DNA of 64,000 bases from a virus (IMGVR_UViG_3300017912_001009:1-64000); one strand, 5' to 3'; positions 50,259 through 58,422 are shown, counted from the stretch's first letter. Notes: generated by a model from the letters alone, not told the origin. Translations and numbers: made by a program.

Positions 50259-50489
50259 TTATGATGTCGCTGCTGCATCAGAATAAAATCGCTTTTTGCA
50301 CAAAGCACAAATCTCCCTTCCTTCAGGGTCTAAATCGCCTCTCATGAAATTCTTAGAGCCACACTTAGCACAAACCTTCTCTGCTTCTGCCTCTGTCTTA
50401 GGAACTTCAGGAGTTCTGCTTGCCATCCTGTCTCGCATTCGCATGTTGTATTCCAAAGGGTCGAGTTTTAGAACATCGAACCAACTCAT
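50259..50489 (-). CDS. W-motif zinc-finger protein (MSWFDVLKL; ~76 aa)
   Basis: CAKC...CALC; ATG follows GTGATTGAG. Confidence 0.7.
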   Translation of the reverse strand: MSWFDVLKLDPLEYNMRMRDRMASRTPEVPKTEAEAEKVCAKCGSKNFMRGDLDPEGREICALCKKRFYSDAAATS

Positions 50490-50494
50490 CTCAA

Positions 50495-50701
50495 TCACTT
50501 CGGTTCATGTGTGTAGATGTCTCCATCCTTGTGCATGAATATCTTGCCTTCCTTCTCCATGCTAGATAGAGCCTCTTTCAATTCATCCTCGTCAGCAAAC
50601 TGCTTTAGGTTCTTCATTCCCAAAGCACCACCTTCTTTCTCAATCTCCCGTAGAATTTTCGACTCAAGGGAATCTTCCTTTAGAATGTCTTTCCAACTCA
50701 T
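50495..50701 (-). CDS. W-motif winged-helix-like protein (MSWKDILKE; 68 aa)
   Basis: KILREIEKEGG...ELKEALSSMEKEGKI...IY fits a wHTH pattern. Confidence 0.65.
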   Translation of the reverse strand: MSWKDILKEDSLESKILREIEKEGGALGMKNLKQFADEDELKEALSSMEKEGKIFMHKDGDIYTHEPK

Positions 50702-50762
50702 TTTCGATACACCTCTCCCTGATTGTATAACACATCGAAATCAAAAGAAGTGGTGTAAATCA

Positions 50763-51236
50763 TCAGTCGCATCTCCATAGTTCCTCATCTGAGATTAACT
50801 CATACTCGGACTCTAGCATGACATCCGACACATCGGCATACGATAATACTTCTGAATATCCAAGGGTCAGCAGGAAGCCAATTAACTCAGTTAGGTCTGT
50901 CTCTTCTATCGGTCTTAGAATCGCAATCTTAGGATAATGAGACAATCGTTGGTTTCTTCTATGTACCATCTCCTTCAGAATGCCATTCTTCCTATGTTTT
51001 GGTTTCACATAGTTGTTGCCTATGAAATACCAAGTTCCCATATCAGCAAATGAGGTGTGGGCCACAACTTCGTTATCTACGAACTTTCCAATAACGAATA
51101 GTCTCTCACAGATATGCTCAGGATAACCCTTCTCCAAAGCAGTCAGGAATCCATCTCCCCACCGGGCCTGAATTTCGCTTTCTTTCAAAAAACCTGAGAA
51201 CCATTCGCCCTTATCATTGGTTTTAACAGGTAGCAA
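50763..51236 (-). CDS. GNAT acetyltransferase with variant W motif (EWFSGFLKE; 157 aa)
   Basis: Motif A NYVKPKHRKNGILKEM; later FLLTLGY. Confidence 0.7.
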   Translation of the reverse strand: MLPVKTNDKGEWFSGFLKESEIQARWGDGFLTALEKGYPEHICERLFVIGKFVDNEVVAHTSFADMGTWYFIGNNYVKPKHRKNGILKEMVHRRNQRLSHYPKIAILRPIEETDLTELIGFLLTLGYSEVLSYADVSDVMLESEYELISDEELWRCD

Positions 51237-51337
51237 TATGTTTATCCCCTTCTTTTTTCAAAAAATGGGCTGGAATTTTTTTGGCACTAGCAAATTATTT
51301 TTCCTCCTTTTCTTTCCATTCCCAAGATAAGACTTTA

Positions 51338-51559
51338 TCATTCGTCAGTTGTATAGTCTGTAAGCGTTGTTTGTCTGTATATCTTCTTATTTATTTCTTT
51401 AATTAACTCTGTAACGCCCGATTTTATTAATTTCATTTTAATGTGTAAATCCTTTGGCAGCGTACCCGAATTTTGTAAATTGTCTATCTCTTTCACAATC
51501 TCTCTTTGTAACTTACCTGCTTTTTCCAACATTTCTTTTAGGTGTTCATCATTGACCAT
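51338..51559 (-). CDS. Hypothetical protein (73 aa)
   Basis: Helical/coiled-coil ORF with GAGGGG upstream. Confidence 0.55.
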   Translation of the reverse strand: MVNDEHLKEMLEKAGKLQREIVKEIDNLQNSGTLPKDLHIKMKLIKSGVTELIKEINKKIYRQTTLTDYTTDE

Positions 51560-51634
51560 AGCAGATAATCCGATAACCCCTCAGTAAATGAATATTAACT
51601 TTGAAGATTAAAAAACAACAGGAAAAAAATTTTG

Positions 51635-51710
51635 GCATATGGTTGGATAAAAAATTGTTAGCATATGGTAGTATAACTTTGTAAAGCGTAGCGATGCTAC
51701 CTCAATAACT
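51635..51710. promoter_or_regulatory. Two imperfect operator copies GCATATGGT (51635, 51661); the second continues like an inverted copy of the repeated cassette
   Basis: CATATGGT-AGTAT-AACTTT...CTACCTC matches the reverse complement of the cassette at 52853-52906. Confidence 0.55.
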
Positions 51711-51917
51711 GAGGAGTCAGGACAGTGACAGTTGTTGCATACTAGTTGCATTCATATCCGATTCATTGCGTAGAGTATATTCCGGCTTCATCTACGACTT
51801 ATGACGCTGTGCGAAGTAGTTATGTCGAACTAACTGTTTGTCCATCATCCCCAATTGTTCCCTTAAGGGGTGGAGTGTGAATGAGCAGTTTTAATTCCTG
51901 CTCAGGAACTTCTACGT

Positions 51918-52661
51918 TCACTCTTCTTCTGAAGAGGCTTTGTCTCTTGCTTCTCTCAGCATCTCAATGACTGAGGGCTTACATTCTGATGAGTGTTTAG
52001 CAACAACATCGAAGTTGCAAGAGATGATTGGTTCTTCTTCTGATGATTTATCGAATGTCTCCGAGTAGAATACACTCTCAAAGACAGATTGTATCTTCCC
52101 CATCAGTGGTGTGGGTAAGTCAACCAAATGCTGTTCAATAACATCAGCCTTCTGAACTCTCTCAGTTGTCCATTCAGCAGTAAATGTCAACTTACAAGTG
52201 TATGAGTATGCTGTAAAATCAACGAATAGTTTGACGTTTGCCTCTCCTACATCATTCTCAGAAACGATGTGGAACTTCTGAGAGTAAGAACCAAGATGAT
52301 ATGGAGCATCCAAGTAAAGGATTGTGCTTCCACGCCATTGTGGGTCAACAACTACTTCTGAGACTATCTCACTGACATCAGGCTCTTCATTAACTTCAAT
52401 GCCTTGTGCTACTAGTTGGTTTATGACTGCTTGAGCATCGCTTCGATAGTTGAAGACCAATTCACCGTTATACATCACAACAGTATATTTGCTGTCAGTT
52501 TTTTCAACAGTCTCAGATTCATAGGATGGTATCTCAATATCCCAATTGTCCAAGTTGATTATGTTGTGCTTGAACAACTCAAGGTTAAGGAGTTCCTTCT
52601 CACTGCTGTTAAACCCGAATGGGTAAGATATCTCCACTGTTCTCTTGTGCCTCTGACTCAT
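51918..52661 (-). CDS. Acidic hypothetical protein (247 aa)
   Basis: Long ORF coupled to the upstream gene. Confidence 0.7.
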   Translation of the reverse strand: MSQRHKRTVEISYPFGFNSSEKELLNLELFKHNIINLDNWDIEIPSYESETVEKTDSKYTVVMYNGELVFNYRSDAQAVINQLVAQGIEVNEEPDVSEIVSEVVVDPQWRGSTILYLDAPYHLGSYSQKFHIVSENDVGEANVKLFVDFTAYSYTCKLTFTAEWTTERVQKADVIEQHLVDLPTPLMGKIQSVFESVFYSETFDKSSEEEPIISCNFDVVAKHSSECKPSVIEMLREARDKASSEEE

Positions 52662-52858
52662 TCAATCAACTCCTGTATGTTTGAGAGTCCTGCTCTCAAC
52701 TCTGCTATCGCTAGGGATAAGTCATCACCACGAACCTTGAGGCTCTTGATGATAAGAACATGGTCAGAGCCTGATTTGGCATGACCAAGTTCCACTTCAT
52801 AGGCGGGCATTTGTATGGGTACTTGTTGGGCTTCCATGCCCTTACAGATTATCATCAC
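52658..52858 (-). CDS. Hypothetical protein (up to 66 aa)
   Basis: Directly downstream of cassette copy 1. Confidence 0.6.
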   Translation of the reverse strand: MMIICKGMEAQQVPIQMPAYEVELGHAKSGSDHVLIIKSLKVRGDDLSLAIAELRAGLSNIQELIE

Positions 52859-52906
52859 CTTATGAGGTAGTGACGCTGCGCTACGAAAGTTCCACTACCA
52901 TATGGT
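52853..52906 (-). promoter_or_regulatory. Repeated regulatory cassette, copy 1
   Basis: CATCACCTTAT at 52853-52863 and palindrome ACCATATGGT at 52897-52906. Confidence 0.7.
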
Positions 52907-52936
52907 TGTCATACTTTGGAATCTCGGACTACCTCA

Positions 52937-52956
52937 AAGACCGCAAAAAGCGGTCT
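52937..52956. terminator. Hairpin AGACCGC-AAAAA-GCGGTCT (coordinates approximate)
   Basis: Perfect 7-bp stem downstream of minus-strand gene 52993-53460. Confidence 0.45.
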
Positions 52957-52992
52957 AAGAGTGCAGTCGCAGAGGTGCAGAGGGTCACTTAA

Positions 52993-53460
52993 TCAGTTAT
53001 CCCCCTTGTGAGCCGATACGAAGCCCGACTCAAGTTTGTTGATGAGAACATTCCTAATCATGTTCTCGTTGCTTCCCCATGTAGTGATAGGGACACCATC
53101 TTCCTTCTTTCCTGCGAAGGTTGTATGGTAGTTGTATGCGTCTTCATGGAAAGCACTCAATAGTACATCCATGTCAACCATTGAAGCCCAAAGTGCTTGG
53201 TCTTCAGCAGACAGTCTCGCAACGCCGGATGCTCGGCTTCCGCCTCTCCTTCCGTTTAGTGGGCTGTCTGAGTAATCTGCTAGTAAATCCTTGATGCTCT
53301 TGGATAGCCTAACTTGGTCTCTAGGGCTGTTAGTCCCTTTTGCAATCCATTTCTTTGCCATGTTCGCAGTGAACATGTCATCGGGGTCTTCCGATGCAGT
53401 CAATTGTTCAACGTAGTTAACTACGGTCTCGCTAAATTCATTCCAGTTTTCCAATGCCAT
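52993..53460 (-). CDS. Hypothetical protein (155 aa)
   Basis: GGAGATG RBS; downstream of cassette copy 2. Confidence 0.7.
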   Translation of the reverse strand: MALENWNEFSETVVNYVEQLTASEDPDDMFTANMAKKWIAKGTNSPRDQVRLSKSIKDLLADYSDSPLNGRRGGSRASGVARLSAEDQALWASMVDMDVLLSAFHEDAYNYHTTFAGKKEDGVPITTWGSNENMIRNVLINKLESGFVSAHKGDN

Positions 53461-53518
53461 TCTTTTTCATCTCCATTCAAGTGTGTCGCACCTCTACGAC
53501 TACAACCTTACCCTTATT

Positions 53519-53565
53519 CATCACCTTATAGGGTAGCCGTGACGAAAGTTTGTCTACCATATGGT
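53519..53565 (-). promoter_or_regulatory. Repeated regulatory cassette, copy 2
   Basis: CATCACCTTAT at 53519-53529; ACCATATGGT at 53556-53565. Confidence 0.7.
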
Positions 53566-53712
53566 GTGAACTTTGTCTGAGACACCTCAAGGGGTAGAGA
53601 GGACAGCCCCGAAGGACTGCCCCCTCATTCAAATAACTCAATAATGAGAGGCTTCTTTCTAATCTGCCGTTCTTAACCTGCCCATTATACTCAATTATTG
53701 AGCCTGTTGAGT

Positions 53713-54006
53713 TTAAAAATCTTGAATTATTATTGAGTTGTCGCATTCAATGACTTGTGTGTAATCTCTGAGGTCTTCAAGGTCTTCAAGGTCTTTACCG
53801 TATTCCTCGTTTATCTCCTTGAGGTCTTTGTATTCTGAGAAGTCACAACATAGAGCGATAACGTCAAACTCGATTTCTTCACCTATATCATCCTCTAACT
53901 CAATAAGATAATCATAGAGACATTGAAGGCCGTTCCTGCTGAAGTTATCGGGGCGTATCTTCATGAATCCATCTATAAAATCGTATTCGGTTACATTCTG
54001 CTTCAT
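53713..54006 (-). CDS. Small acidic protein (97 aa)
   Basis: RPDNFS.NGL..LYDYL...EFDVIALCCDFSEY resembles a recurrent marine-virus hypothetical family (from recall, not searched). Confidence 0.75.
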   Translation of the reverse strand: MKQNVTEYDFIDGFMKIRPDNFSRNGLQCLYDYLIELEDDIGEEIEFDVIALCCDFSEYKDLKEINEEYGKDLEDLEDLRDYTQVIECDNSIIIQDF

Positions 54007-54021
54007 GACCTTATGGTTTCA

Positions 54022-54067
54022 CATCACCTTATGAGGTATGCTTCCGAAAGTATGCCTACCATATGGT
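54022..54067 (-). promoter_or_regulatory. Repeated regulatory cassette, copy 3
   Basis: CATCACCTTAT at 54022-54032; ACCATATGGT at 54058-54067. Confidence 0.7.
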
Positions 54068-54110
54068 GGGAACTTTGTAGCGTAGCGCACACCCCGAAGG
54101 GTGGCTTACG

Positions 54111-54434
54111 TCAATCATCTAGAACATGAGGGTCATCAATTCCTTCGATGTATTCATCTACATTGATGGATACCCATCTAGACTTATTGCATTCATAACA
54201 AGTGAAATTAGCCTGAACATCATAGTATTCAGAAACCAATGTATCTCCTGCTTTCTTGGGTATGGCAAAAGCACCAAAGGCACCCTTTGGGATTGAGACA
54301 ACAACTCTTGAGTTTTCTATGAAAATCTCTCCATGTAGACAACTGGCTTGTCTCTCTTCTGTTGCTAAATCAGAATAGTAATCTGCTAACATTTCAGCAT
54401 CCTTCTCTGCTCGGTGGTCGAAGTCATCGCTCAT
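54111..54434 (-). CDS. Small acidic protein with CxxC (107 aa)
   Basis: GAGGA RBS; CYEC. Confidence 0.7.
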   Translation of the reverse strand: MSDDFDHRAEKDAEMLADYYSDLATEERQASCLHGEIFIENSRVVVSIPKGAFGAFAIPKKAGDTLVSEYYDVQANFTCYECNKSRWVSINVDEYIEGIDDPHVLDD

Positions 54435-54694
54435 TCCTCTTCCTCCAGAAAATTGAAGTCATCATCTTGCCAACGCAGGTTCATGTGACCATTCTTCCAA
54501 TTTACGCTTTCCAAATCAGTCTCATTATCGAATTCGTGAACCGTGCCGTCCTTCATCTCGATGCACAAAGTAGCCCACTTGACCCACCAATCAACGATGT
54601 CCTCGCGGTTGATGTCATTGTCTATCCAAATCGTGTGATACAATGTGTATTCCATCGTGAGTGTTGTCGCATCTTTTGGTATTTTGCTAGTCAT
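54431..54694 (-). CDS. Small acidic protein (87 aa)
   Basis: Coupled ATGA overlaps on both sides. Confidence 0.7.
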   Translation of the reverse strand: MTSKIPKDATTLTMEYTLYHTIWIDNDINREDIVDWWVKWATLCIEMKDGTVHEFDNETDLESVNWKNGHMNLRWQDDDFNFLEEEE

Positions 54695-55125
54695 GCTTCA
54701 TCCCCCATTATTTCCTGTCTCATTGCTTTTGAAACTCTGCTAACGACATCCTCTTGACCACGCCTGAAAGACCAATCGTTGATGGGTATGACATCACAGT
54801 AAGAGTCTCCACTCATCATTATTGATATAGTCTGTGAATTGCCATCCTTCTTGAAATCCATATTGGAATGCTCATGGTTCAATGCTTCGTATGCCATAGT
54901 CTCGTAATCGTCAATCGCTATACCGCCTTGAATGAGACAGTTATCTCTTCCATCCCAGTATGGAAATAGAGAACCTATTGTAAAACCCTCTTCCTCAACC
55001 ATTCTCCTGATGAATTCCTTCAAGTTTCCACCAAACCTTGGATTGTAGTAAGGTCTGTCTTCATCATCCATTTCGTATTTAGCCCACTTGTGTCTATCAC
55101 TCATACCCTTCCCATTTTTCATCAC
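54691..55125 (-). CDS. Acidic hypothetical protein (up to 144 aa)
   Basis: Directly downstream of cassette copy 4. Confidence 0.7.
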   Translation of the reverse strand: MMKNGKGMSDRHKWAKYEMDDEDRPYYNPRFGGNLKEFIRRMVEEEGFTIGSLFPYWDGRDNCLIQGGIAIDDYETMAYEALNHEHSNMDFKKDGNSQTISIMMSGDSYCDVIPINDWSFRRGQEDVVSRVSKAMRQEIMGDEA

Positions 55126-55166
55126 CTTATGAGGTTAGAGCGAGCAAAGTTGTCTAACCATATGGT
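55120..55166 (-). promoter_or_regulatory. Repeated regulatory cassette, copy 4
   Basis: CATCACCTTAT at 55120-55130; ACCATATGGT at 55157-55166. Confidence 0.7.
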
Positions 55167-55379
55167 TGTGTTAAAATCAGACTTTACGCATAACAGTAGT
55201 TTTTGCGGTGGTCAGTATGGGTGGTGGACAGTTTATAAGGTGATGAATGCGGATAGGGTTGATTTGATTCAGTTGTGGTTTTTCATTGGCTGAGTCTTAT
55301 TTGTGCAGTAGTTTCTATACCCGCTTTTATTCGACAATCGCTAGTTGTCCTTACTAATTACTACCGTAAACTACTATCA

Positions 55380-55770
55380 CATCAAAGGGTATCAATCACA
55401 TTCCCTATATGTATATTATATCATATATGTCATATGGATATCTTATGACGTATGATGATATCACATATCGTAGTGTAATTACAACATTTCCTATATTCTC
55501 ATATTTTATCGTATTTTATCATCGAGTGAGAAAATTGAAATGTGCGAAAACGTGCTGGAAATGTTGATTTTATTGAATATTATCATTTTATCATTATTAT
55601 CATCATCTATACTACTACTACTATGTTACATACTCTACTCTCTCTCTCCTATGGAGAGCGTGATAAAATTGAGAAAATGATAAAATAGGCGAAAAGTGCA
55701 ACACTGCTCTAAAGTTGTATTTTCTCATTGGCTGATAATATATGATAATAAATGATAAAAACACAAACAG
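55380..55770. other. AT-rich non-coding strand-switch region with converging TTATCA/TGATAA repeats (candidate origin)
   Basis: TTATCA at 55516, 55580, 55588, 55597; TGATAA at 55661, 55678, 55733, 55743, 55753; gene orientation flips here. Confidence 0.55.
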
Positions 55771-55782
55771 GTTGGAAATAAC

Positions 55783-56103
55783 ATGACAGAAGAAAAGAGT
55801 AATTGGGGTGCGAAGACACCAAGCAAAACAGAAGACGAAATGACAGACTCTCAGCGAAGGATTGCTGAAGTTTGCGAAGAAATGAAGACGATGCTTCTTC
55901 AGAAGAACAGACAGTATGGAGATTCAGTGTTGAATCCCAAGAGGTTCTTCTCACAGGCATCGCAAGATGAGCAAATCAAAGTCAGAATCGATGACAAGTT
56001 GAACAGGCTTGTTCTCGGTAATGACTCACTAGAATCAGATGATGATATCATCAAGGACTTGATAGGATATCTGACTCTGCTCCTTGTTTACAGGAGTCAA
56101 TAG
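55783..56103 (+). CDS. Nucleotide-modification-associated domain 1 (DUF1599-like) protein (106 aa)
   Basis: KNRQYGDS...VRIDDKLNRL...DLIGY pattern. Confidence 0.7.
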   Translation: MTEEKSNWGAKTPSKTEDEMTDSQRRIAEVCEEMKTMLLQKNRQYGDSVLNPKRFFSQASQDEQIKVRIDDKLNRLVLGNDSLESDDDIIKDLIGYLTLLLVYRSQ

Positions 56104-56109
56104 TAAACA

Positions 56110-56665
56110 TAACACACTCCATCAACGTTCGTAGAACCAAGAAACTCTTAGCGGGGTTTCGGTGAACGTGGAGACTTCAGGGGTTTCCGAAGTAAAAAAC
56201 GAGAAAGATACTAGGGTTATGATAGAAGCAAAGAACGTCAAATCTAGCGATGAGATTAGTAGTTGTGGAAAACGGGTTCGTTCGATGAGACTTGGTTCAC
56301 AGTTCCAAGTCGTGGAACAATCGAGTGGCTTTGCGCTATAAAAAATAAAGCAGGTTAATCCGGTCTAGTAAATAATATTGGCAATGTGTTCTACCATATT
56401 GCAGTTCCCTACCCGTTGGTACAGGCACAGGACTGACTCGTTTCCCCTTTACATTCAAACATCGGTTTACTGCGGTAAAAAAAGCGAATCAATAGCAGTG
56501 ATGGGATTCATCTCCCCCATGCTTTTATCCGATATCACGCTCCAAGTCGGTTTGAGTCCGACAAGAGCAGAGTTTTACTACGAGTAAAAAAGACAAACGT
56601 GCTTGGCTAATCAGTCGTGTGGTTGTAGTTGAGGCTGTGGCGGTCTCTGTCTTTCTCTGCGATTA
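56110..56665 (+). ncRNA. Putative large structured non-coding RNA (~560 nt)
   Basis: No convincing ORF; more than 10 hairpins and nested long-range helices, some with G-U pairs favouring the + strand. Confidence 0.5.
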
Positions 56666-56688
56666 CATTCAATTAACAATAGGAGGAA

Positions 56689-57267
56689 ATGAAAATGAAT
56701 ATATTTACTTTAGATGAAAGCCCAAGAAAGAGTGCAGAACTAATGTTGGATAAGCATGTAGTCAAGATGCCAACTGAGAGTTTGCAGATGTTGTTTACGA
56801 TAGTTGACCATCTAGGTTTGGAAGCAGGTTGGAGACCTGTGATGTTGAATCATCCATCTACCATTTGGGCTAGAGAGACACGACAGAACTTCCAGTGGTT
56901 GCGTGAGCATACCTATGCATTGTGTCATGAGTATACTCACAGGTATGGTAGGATTCACAAGGTCGAAGTCCTGATGAATCAGTATTCGACACAGATGGAT
57001 GAGGCAGAGATGCTTCTTCCTGATGATGGTCTTACACCGTTCGCTATTGCTATCTCTCCTCACATGGAGTGTAGGAAGGCAGATGGTTTTGATGAGATGA
57101 CAACTATCGAGAAGTATCGACAATACTATCTTGATGACAAGTGGCGATTCGCTGCTTGGACTAAGAGAAAAGAACCGGAGTGGTGGCCGGAAGACCACTA
57201 CCTAAACAAGTCCTTTGAATATGAACAAGAGGCAAATGCCTTGCTAACGAGGTTGGGATTAATATGA
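56689..57267 (+). CDS. Pyrimidine-dimer DNA glycosylase / endonuclease V-like protein (192 aa)
   Basis: MNIFTLD..P..SA....DKHVVKMPTESLQML, NHPSTIW, ALCHEYTHRYGRIHK. Confidence 0.8.
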   Translation: MKMNIFTLDESPRKSAELMLDKHVVKMPTESLQMLFTIVDHLGLEAGWRPVMLNHPSTIWARETRQNFQWLREHTYALCHEYTHRYGRIHKVEVLMNQYSTQMDEAEMLLPDDGLTPFAIAISPHMECRKADGFDEMTTIEKYRQYYLDDKWRFAAWTKRKEPEWWPEDHYLNKSFEYEQEANALLTRLGLI

Positions 57268-57434
57268 GTATAATTAGGGTAATGAGAGGAAAGGAAGATT
57301 GTGGTGTTTGTCACGGAACTGGAACGGCAGTTTTACAAACCGCAGATGGGGAGAAAGAACCTGTCCCTTGTCTGTGTAGGTGTGAGCCTGACTATGGTGA
57401 GTGGCTGGCAATGCATGGAATTGAAGAAGAATGA
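57264..57434 (+). CDS. Small zinc-finger protein with DnaJ-type CxxCxGxG (56 aa; not in track)
   Basis: Hand translation MSIIRVMRGKEDCGVCHGTGTA...PCLCRCE; overlaps both neighbours. Confidence 0.6.
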   Translation: MSIIRVMRGKEDCGVCHGTGTAVLQTADGEKEPVPCLCRCEPDYGEWLAMHGIEEE

Positions 57435-57721
57435 AAGGGCATATCAGATTCACTAATGGTATTGTATCTGTTCAAGAGATGCAAGCGTTTACTTGGCGAC
57501 CATTAGATGAGGATGACCCTTTGATGGATAGATTCAGGAATAAGGAACACGGTCATATTGAGCGTTTCTTTAGCATCCTGATATTCCTTCGTGGTGGTCA
57601 GAAGTTTATGACTGCCACAACACAGAACAACTTGAATGATATGATAAAGAGGTTCAAGCATTTGAATAAAGGTGTAATGTATGAATATAATAATGAAAAT
57701 ATGGGGGCGGAAAGCCCTTGA
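57431..57721 (+). CDS. Hypothetical protein (96 aa)
   Basis: ATGA coupling. Confidence 0.6.
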   Translation: MKGHIRFTNGIVSVQEMQAFTWRPLDEDDPLMDRFRNKEHGHIERFFSILIFLRGGQKFMTATTQNNLNDMIKRFKHLNKGVMYEYNNENMGAESP

Positions 57722-57995
57722 AGACGAGTATAATGATTTGACCAACTGTACTCTCGATGTCACTAAGATGTATTATGGTGAAACATATGAGAGTATCATA
57801 GACTTGGCAGGAACGCCAAGCATTAACTTTCTTCTGAGAAAGGAACGTATCTACGAAGAGATACTGAAGAAGAAGAGAGTAGAAAGAATCTTGATGGCAA
57901 TCGTCAATCTAATTGGTAAAACTACCATGTCGATTGGTGGTTTCCTTCAAGCGTTGATTCCCAAAGACGAATTTGATGGGAGGTATAGTAAATGA
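57681..57995 (+). CDS. Hypothetical protein (104 aa)
   Basis: ORF on the coding strand of the operon. Confidence 0.55.
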   Translation: MNIIMKIWGRKALEDEYNDLTNCTLDVTKMYYGETYESIIDLAGTPSINFLLRKERIYEEILKKKRVERILMAIVNLIGKTTMSIGGFLQALIPKDEFDGRYSK

Positions 57996-58164
57996 AAGAA
58001 GTAATGGAAATAATGAAGATAAAAATGAAAGATATGAAAGACGCAGTGTTCGGTAAGAGGCCGGACATCATGAAAGACCCTGCACACTGGCGAAGAGTGT
58101 TTTGGAGGGCTAGTCATGAGAAGTCTCTACGAATGTTAGAAGAGACCGAAAGACAAGGATATGA

Positions 58165-58422
58165 GTGGTGATGAAAATGGATACAGTAGAATTTAGATTA
58201 GTGAATGACCCGACAATGCCACCGATAATCATAACGATGGATGAGAACGATATGCCGAAAGTGGTTCTGAATGCAGAACACAGAGTTTGGCTATCACTGC
58301 ATCGTAAGACCATTGGTGGTTGTGCAGAAGCACTGTTTGGAAAGATAAACGAACTTCTCTCTGCCTTACTAGCAGAACAGAGAGGTTATGAATTAATGGA
58401 TAGAACTGATGAGCATGAGTAA
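58165..58422 (+). CDS. Hypothetical protein (85 aa)
   Basis: GGTGA RBS. Confidence 0.6.
   Translation: MVMKMDTVEFRLVNDPTMPPIIITMDENDMPKVVLNAEHRVWLSLHRKTIGGCAEALFGKINELLSALLAEQRGYELMDRTDEHE

Noticed and set aside
33599-50701. W motif as a nucleotide artefact of start-codon/RBS overlap (ATGAGTTGG)
   Set aside because: The motif also occurs internally and at C-termini, and its downstream codons vary synonymously.
319-51000. Dozens of plus-strand ORFs of 60-260 aa in the ORF track
   Set aside because: They are antisense shadows of long minus-strand genes (S/L/F-rich mirror composition) and lack RBS and motifs.
51635-55250. Repeated cassettes as a mini-CRISPR array
   Set aside because: Copies are 0.5-1.1 kb apart with whole genes between them and vary in internal spacing; this fits promoters/operators.
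55709-55960. 83-aa minus-strand ORF
   Set aside because: Antisense to the Nmad1 gene and runs into the AT-rich repeat region.
56378-56587. 69-aa ORF inside the structured intergenic region
   Set aside because: TTG start without an RBS, atypical composition, and it overlaps the paired helices.
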